A stretch of DNA of 19,491 nt from Verrucomicrobiota bacterium (GTDB lineage Bacteria; Verrucomicrobiota; Verrucomicrobiia; Limisphaerales; CANJXF01): positions 1-19,491 of the forward strand of contig JBBQRQ010000096.1 in assembly GCA_038214755.1 (NCBI GenBank), given 5' to 3'. The position numbers and the translations under genes are program-made. The notes under the pieces were generated by a model. It made no database searches. It saw only the letters and a program-made list of their open reading frames with translations, and had not been told where the DNA came from. This document shows, piece after piece, positions 15,901-19,491 of this stretch. Numbering within the stretch: position 1 is the first letter of the stretch; each line of letters starts with the position of its first letter.

Positions 15901-17384
15901 GAGTGATTACCGCGCCCCCGGCAGTTGGCCCGGTCCTAATCAACGAATTGATGGCGCGTAATAGCGGAAGTCTGATCAATAACGGAATCACCCCCGATTG
16001 GATCGAGCTGTTCAATAGTAGCGCGAGCGCCGTCGCTCTCTCCGGCTGGAGCATGACCGATGATGACAATGCGCGGAAATTTGTTTTTCCTCCGGGTGCC
16101 GTTATCGCCGCCGGAGGTTACCTGGTGGTTTATTGTGATTCCCAGACCAATGCTCCCGGTTGGCACACCGGGTTCGCCTTGAACGACAACGGCGAATCAA
16201 TTTTCCTGTTCAATACGCAGACGAGTCGAGTCGATGCAATTACCTATGGAGCACAGATCGCGGATCTCTCGATAGGACGGGTCGGAGGTGTATGGCAGCT
16301 CAACGCGCCGACACCTAACTCTTCCAATCAATCCGCACCAACCGGTCCTGTTACTCCCCTCGTCATCAATGAATGGATGGCCAACTCTCCGGTCGGTCAG
16401 TCAGATTGGTTTGAGTTATATAACCCATCCAGCCAGCCTATCGCGTTGCGCAGTGTTGGGGTTGGCGCGAGCAATGCCTTGTTTCAAATCACTTCCCTTT
16501 CCTTCATCGCTCCTCGCTCTTACTTACCAATGATTGCCGACGAAATGCCGGGGGCTAATCACGTTGACTTCAAGCTTCCTTCTACGGGTAGCGCGATCAT
16601 TCTCTATGACCTTACCGGGCAAGAGATCAACCATATCAACTACGGCGCGCAACTTAACGGCGTCTCGCAAGGCCGCTTACCCGATGGCGAGGTTAACTTT
16701 GTATCATTCCCGAATACTTCCAGTCCGGGCACGGCCAATTACCTTGTGCCTATCCCGCCCACGATCATTGAGCAACCACAGAGCACCAACGTCAGCGTCG
16801 GGGCGAATGTTAAATTCGCCGCTTCGGCCACTGGTTCGGGCAGCCTGCGCTGCCAATGGTATCTCCGTGGACAACCCATTGGTGGGGAAACCAACTTGGA
16901 TCTCATCTTGGCCAACATAGGGACCCCGAACGCGGGCGACTACCAGCTTGCGGTCGCCAACCTCGCCGGCTCCGCCGTTAGCGACACCGCCCTGCTGACG
17001 ATCCAATCACTTGACTCCGACGGTGACGGTATTCCGGATGCCTGGGAAATGGCGCATGGCCTTGACCCGAATGCTTCCAATGCCCTTGCCGATTCCGATC
17101 ACGACGGGATGACCGATTACCAGGAATATCTTGCCGGCACAGAACCTTTGGACGCGACAAGCTCCTTGAAGCTGACGACCATTCCATCGGTGAACGGAAA
17201 TATTACTCTCAATTTCGTAGCATTGCCTGGAAAAAGTTATGCGGTCGATGCTCGCGACTCCCTGACTGCGGCTTGGTCGAGGCTGATCGATTATCCCGCT
17301 CAAACGGCGACCTATAATGCGGGGCTTGTGGATCATCCCGCCAACGGAATTCGTTTTTACCGTCTCGTCCTCATCTCGCCATAA
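12954..17384 (+). CDS. Secreted lamin-tail-domain / CotH kinase protein with chitobiase-C (Fn3-associated), Ig and Ca-binding DxDxDG repeats and an RFYRL C-terminal domain (~1476 aa)
   Basis: Four LTD starts: VIINEFLASN, LRLTELMY, VLINELMARN, LVINEWMAN, each with a DWIEL-like motif. Chitobiase-C: IRYTLNGSVP and IYYTTNGSDP. CotH: YVNLYLNGLYWG..ERPD, GNTDW..HNWY, WDAE. Ca-binding repeat: DSDGDGIPDAWE..DSDHDGMTDYQEYLAGT. The start is most likely GTG 12954, which gives a signal peptide; ATG 12999 is the alternative. Confidence 0.88.
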   Translation: MTEHSSVSRLKIQALMIFFWLGCVVFARANGEFSGNVIINEFLASNNNTNGLRDEDGELQDWIEIYNRGDAAVNLSGWSLTDNAVQPDQWIFPEAALGARQYLIVFASGKDRRPTTGANLHSNFKLSASGEYLGLFTADSPRQMATQFQPAFPAQRPDLSYGLFGVSFGYSTNPTPATVNSGAASFNGIAADPAASIKSGFFNSSFSVALSTVTPNAFIRYTLNGSVPTLVNGILYTGPITISGSSSQGVINLRAVAFRNDMLESKPMTCSYIFPESVLAQSLAPAGFPATWVTTTNGGSTATTVTADYEMDPQIITNTAYTSLARQALTNLPTLCIVMETDDLFSQGRGIYANPNPPVVQRDDWERPASAELILPDGSAGFKMDAGLSVHGCTSRDPNRTKKHSFHLHFNSSYSGHLNYPMFKDSPAQSFDSLILDATSNLSWANANDSMAYRAQYVRDQFCNDLQQVMAHPSPHGRYVNLYLNGLYWGVIDVRERPDADFAAAYFGGAAAQYDSIRNTCAGLEVLNGDDGAWSTMMSLVNSSLSDNSQYEQLQQYLDVPSFIDYMIVNIYAGNTDWAMHNWYASRKRVAGAGFQFESWDAEYSLYDVNGNVSGYNQPGSPTAIHSFLRNNAEYRLLFADHVQKFFFNGGCLYVDPNNPAVDPANPQRNRPGALYTRRIAEIDSSMVLESARWGDSIPSRENTPFTRNVEWLNELNWLKNSYFPQRSSTVLNQFKSQLLYPGDYGVQPPVFSQHGGNVAAGFSLTLSASAGTIYYTTNGSDPRVYGTAALSPDAIAYTGTPVVISSTKVIKARVKNGESWSPLDEATFFVAQLTTPLRLTELMYKPIGGDAYEFIELQNVGATPLDLSGYSFDGITYAFPAGTLLGPNAVTVLAPALNPLLWATRYPGVLPSGYYTDKLSNNGERIGIKDVTGRTITSVTYNPTNGWPHVSNGSSIEVIDPLGDPNAPSNWRASVTTLGTPGVITAPPAVGPVLINELMARNSGSLINNGITPDWIELFNSSASAVALSGWSMTDDDNARKFVFPPGAVIAAGGYLVVYCDSQTNAPGWHTGFALNDNGESIFLFNTQTSRVDAITYGAQIADLSIGRVGGVWQLNAPTPNSSNQSAPTGPVTPLVINEWMANSPVGQSDWFELYNPSSQPIALRSVGVGASNALFQITSLSFIAPRSYLPMIADEMPGANHVDFKLPSTGSAIILYDLTGQEINHINYGAQLNGVSQGRLPDGEVNFVSFPNTSSPGTANYLVPIPPTIIEQPQSTNVSVGANVKFAASATGSGSLRCQWYLRGQPIGGETNLDLILANIGTPNAGDYQLAVANLAGSAVSDTALLTIQSLDSDGDGIPDAWEMAHGLDPNASNALADSDHDGMTDYQEYLAGTEPLDATSSLKLTTIPSVNGNITLNFVALPGKSYAVDARDSLTAAWSRLIDYPAQTATYNAGLVDHPANGIRFYRLVLISP

Positions 17385-17450
17385 GATGTGACAAAGCCGG
17401 TTTGCGATGAGTTTGGAATCAGATGCGGGGACAAAACCGGGGAAACTATT

Positions 17451-17484
17451 TGTAGCGCCGGGCGTGTCGCCCGATTCGGCTACA
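17451..17484. repeat. Short or degenerate GTAG REP palindrome
   Basis: TGTAGC...GCTACA encloses CGGGCG-tgt-CGCCCG, between convergent genes. Confidence 0.5.
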
Positions 17485-17568
17485 GGCCAGTTATTGAGCC
17501 TAGGACTTGGACGTAATAAGCACGACTCGTTTGAATTGGCCTTGTCCGAAATGCGCAGTGCATCATGC

Positions 17569-18657
17569 TCATTCAAACTTGGGAATAACCTCGGTTACGC
17601 CAGGAGGTAAATCATGGTGAGGTTTTATTTCAATCGGTTCCAGGTTTCTTGAGCCATTCGGATTGATAGCGTATTTCAGAAATACACTTTGTTGTGACAG
17701 TTCGGTTTCGACGTTAACCCAGCCATATGTGCGTGCCTTGCCAAACGCGATGTAATAATTCTTGGCGAAATGCGTAATCCAGTTGGTTTCACTTTTCTTA
17801 AAGTGAAGTTCAACTACGGATTGATAACCTGCTTCGGGCGCTTCAAATTGAAATTCATCATTGTTTTCGATGAGTCCCCCGTCAGGAATTGCAATTCTAA
17901 AAGACCATTCGGTCGCATCTCTCCAAGGGGGCTTATGCTGGCTAATCTCCAATTGACCAGAAGGACTGATCTGTTTTTGAAAAAAGTCCACTCGGATAGG
18001 AATGCCATTCGTTGGGACACGCAATACTAAATTTGGGCGAACGCCATGGTCAGAAGTAATCAACTCTACGCCTTCTCCTTTTTTCCTCAGGAAGAACATA
18101 ACTGGAGTCTGCGGATCAGGGGAATGCTTTTCGCTATCGACGGCGTAGGAGAATCCCTTTTGGCCTCCTTGCAACGATAAATAACCTTTTTTGCTGACCC
18201 ATACGGTCAGGCTTCCGCCTTGCTTTCCGTGAAGAGAAAACAATCCCTCTGAGTCGCTTTCCGTTGCGGAATTGCTGGAAGCGTCATCTTCCAACATGCT
18301 GGCCCAATGGAATTGAATCTTTGCGCCAGCGACAGGATTGCTATTCTCATCGACTACCTTGCCATAAAATTCGATGGGTTGTTGCCAATCGGCCAAGATG
18401 CGTTGCCTGATCTCATTTGACCTTTCAGGAGTTCCACTGCGAATCATTTCGGCTATCAATGCCTCCGACGGCCTAGCAGTATTTTTGTTGGGTAGAGATT
18501 TTGATGGTTCAGGTTGCGTCCGCTGCTCCGGTGGATTCCTTGTTGCGACGTTGATTTCGTTGGAACCGATTTTTTTTAGTTCAGGCGCTCTGCGCAGTAC
18601 GAGCCATGCGCAGATTACCAAAATAATTCCGCAGACTAGCAAAATTCGCCTTCTCAT
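17569..18657 (-). CDS. Membrane-anchored hypothetical protein with a carboxypeptidase-regulatory-like domain; candidate immunity protein
   Basis: N-terminal anchor MRRRILLVCGIILVICAWLVLRR, a polar linker, then PIEFYGKVVDENSNPVAGAKI..SDSEGLFSL..VSKKGY. Its start overlaps the upstream stop codon (ATGA at 18654-18657). Confidence 0.8.
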   Translation of the reverse strand: MRRRILLVCGIILVICAWLVLRRAPELKKIGSNEINVATRNPPEQRTQPEPSKSLPNKNTARPSEALIAEMIRSGTPERSNEIRQRILADWQQPIEFYGKVVDENSNPVAGAKIQFHWASMLEDDASSNSATESDSEGLFSLHGKQGGSLTVWVSKKGYLSLQGGQKGFSYAVDSEKHSPDPQTPVMFFLRKKGEGVELITSDHGVRPNLVLRVPTNGIPIRVDFFQKQISPSGQLEISQHKPPWRDATEWSFRIAIPDGGLIENNDEFQFEAPEAGYQSVVELHFKKSETNWITHFAKNYYIAFGKARTYGWVNVETELSQQSVFLKYAINPNGSRNLEPIEIKPHHDLPPGVTEVIPKFE

Positions 18658-19362
18658 GGTGTGATTGAGTCCAGAACTTGGATGTAATATGGACGGCTTG
18701 TTTGAATCGGTCTAGTCCACTGCGCGCTGTGTTCGTCGACTGAATCAAAAAATCCGAACTGTGTGTTCAGATTCACTGTCGCGCCGATGATGCCTTGCGA
18801 GATCTGTCCGACAGTCGGTCCGAGTCTTCCGATAGGCTGTGTGCGTGAACGTGCGATCATGGCACGTGATTCTTGCGAGTCTGTAACCTGTCGATATAGA
18901 CCCAGGTCAGAGTCGTAAAGGTACCAACAGTTTGTTCCGTTGTATGAATAGAACTGACTCGGCTTCCCAAACCTATGATTCTCTATCCAGACTCCTAAAA
19001 CGAAATCATTGGTATTAAAGAAATTCACCAGGCGTCCCGTCAGGTTGGTATAAGTTCCCCGGTAACCCAGAGGCTGCAAGTCTGGCGTTAGGTAAGGAGA
19101 AACTTCCCGGTTGAGCAGAACCGTATTAGTCGCGGCATTGACATCATAGGTGCTGGCCGGGAGCGCGCCTTGAGTAAGGATGTAAGTATCAAATGGAGCG
19201 CCTTGCTTGATTGCGTCGCTCACCACCGCGTTGCCCTGACTATGCACGAGGAGATGCAAACCGTAATCGGGGAATCGAGAGCGCAACTGATTCAAGTAGC
19301 TTTTCATTGCTACGCTGGCTTTGTAGGCTTTGAGTTCACTGTAGTTAAAGATCGCTAGTCTA
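18654..19362 (-). pseudogene. C-terminal remnant of an alpha/beta-hydrolase (lipase/esterase-like) gene interrupted by an IS
   Basis: Nucleophile elbow LLVHSQGNAVV, candidate Asp in NFFNTNDFVL and candidate His in DEHSAQW. The frame stays open upstream of ATG 19307 (RLAIFNYSELKAYKASVA) up to the CTAG at 19360-19363 and hits a stop a few codons into the IS. Confidence 0.75.
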
Positions 19363-19491
19363 GTGTCCCGTAATTAGCTAGACATATTGGGTTTTCCGTG
19401 CAAAATTGGATTCATGGCGAAAATGGCGGCGGCGGTTCAACTCTCGGAGATCGACCGAAATCAACTCGGAACCTGGGTTCGAGCCCAATTC
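19361..19491 (+). mobile_element. Left end of an IS630-family insertion sequence, partial
   Basis: It begins C-TAGTGTCCCGTAATTAG; a TA within a CTAG target and a TAGTGTCC terminus are typical of IS630-family ends. A transposase-like ORF starts 53 nt in, and the junction coincides with the break in the hydrolase gene. Confidence 0.75.
19414..19491 (+). CDS. IS630-family transposase N-terminus, running off the window
   Basis: MAKMAAAVQLSEIDRNQLGTWVRAQF resembles the 'L-S/T-x-x-E/D-R-x-x-L-x-x-W-x-R' N-terminus of IS630 transposases. Only 26 codons are visible. Confidence 0.65.
   Translation, partial: MAKMAAAVQLSEIDRNQLGTWVRAQF

Noticed and set aside
19440..19491. GGGTTCGAGCCC resembling a tRNA T-arm or att site
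   Set aside because: There is no upstream cloverleaf, and the segment reads in frame as the transposase N-terminus.

Overview
Bacterial window that looks like Verrucomicrobiota, Pedosphaera-like (inferred from the PEP-CTERM gene, the LTD/CotH giant protein and the GTAG-type REP elements). The left half (1-8.8 kb) holds a 5'-truncated ahcY fragment, a large secreted SpoIID/LytB multidomain protein, a small secreted Gly/Tyr-tailed protein, a YhiN/HI0933 flavoprotein, a metallothionein/TRASH-like Cys-rich protein with a basic tail and an orphan REC-PAS-HisKA_3 kinase; REP/REPIN palindromes fill four of its intergenic spaces. The right half holds a secreted purple-acid-phosphatase-like protein, a DUF4394-like PEP-CTERM protein, a lamin-tail/CotH kinase protein, and an AT-richer, translationally coupled pair (alpha/beta-hydrolase plus membrane-anchored protein) whose hydrolase is cut by an IS630-like element at the window edge. 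The main observation is that three unrelated secreted enzymes end in the same ~70-aa C-terminal domain terminating in RFYRL, a candidate T9SS-CTD-like sorting signal. Also notable are a strong Thr-Asn dipeptide bias, a domain nested inside an Ig repeat, and a possible lipase effector-immunity pair. All calls come from reading motifs by eye; no database searches were run.
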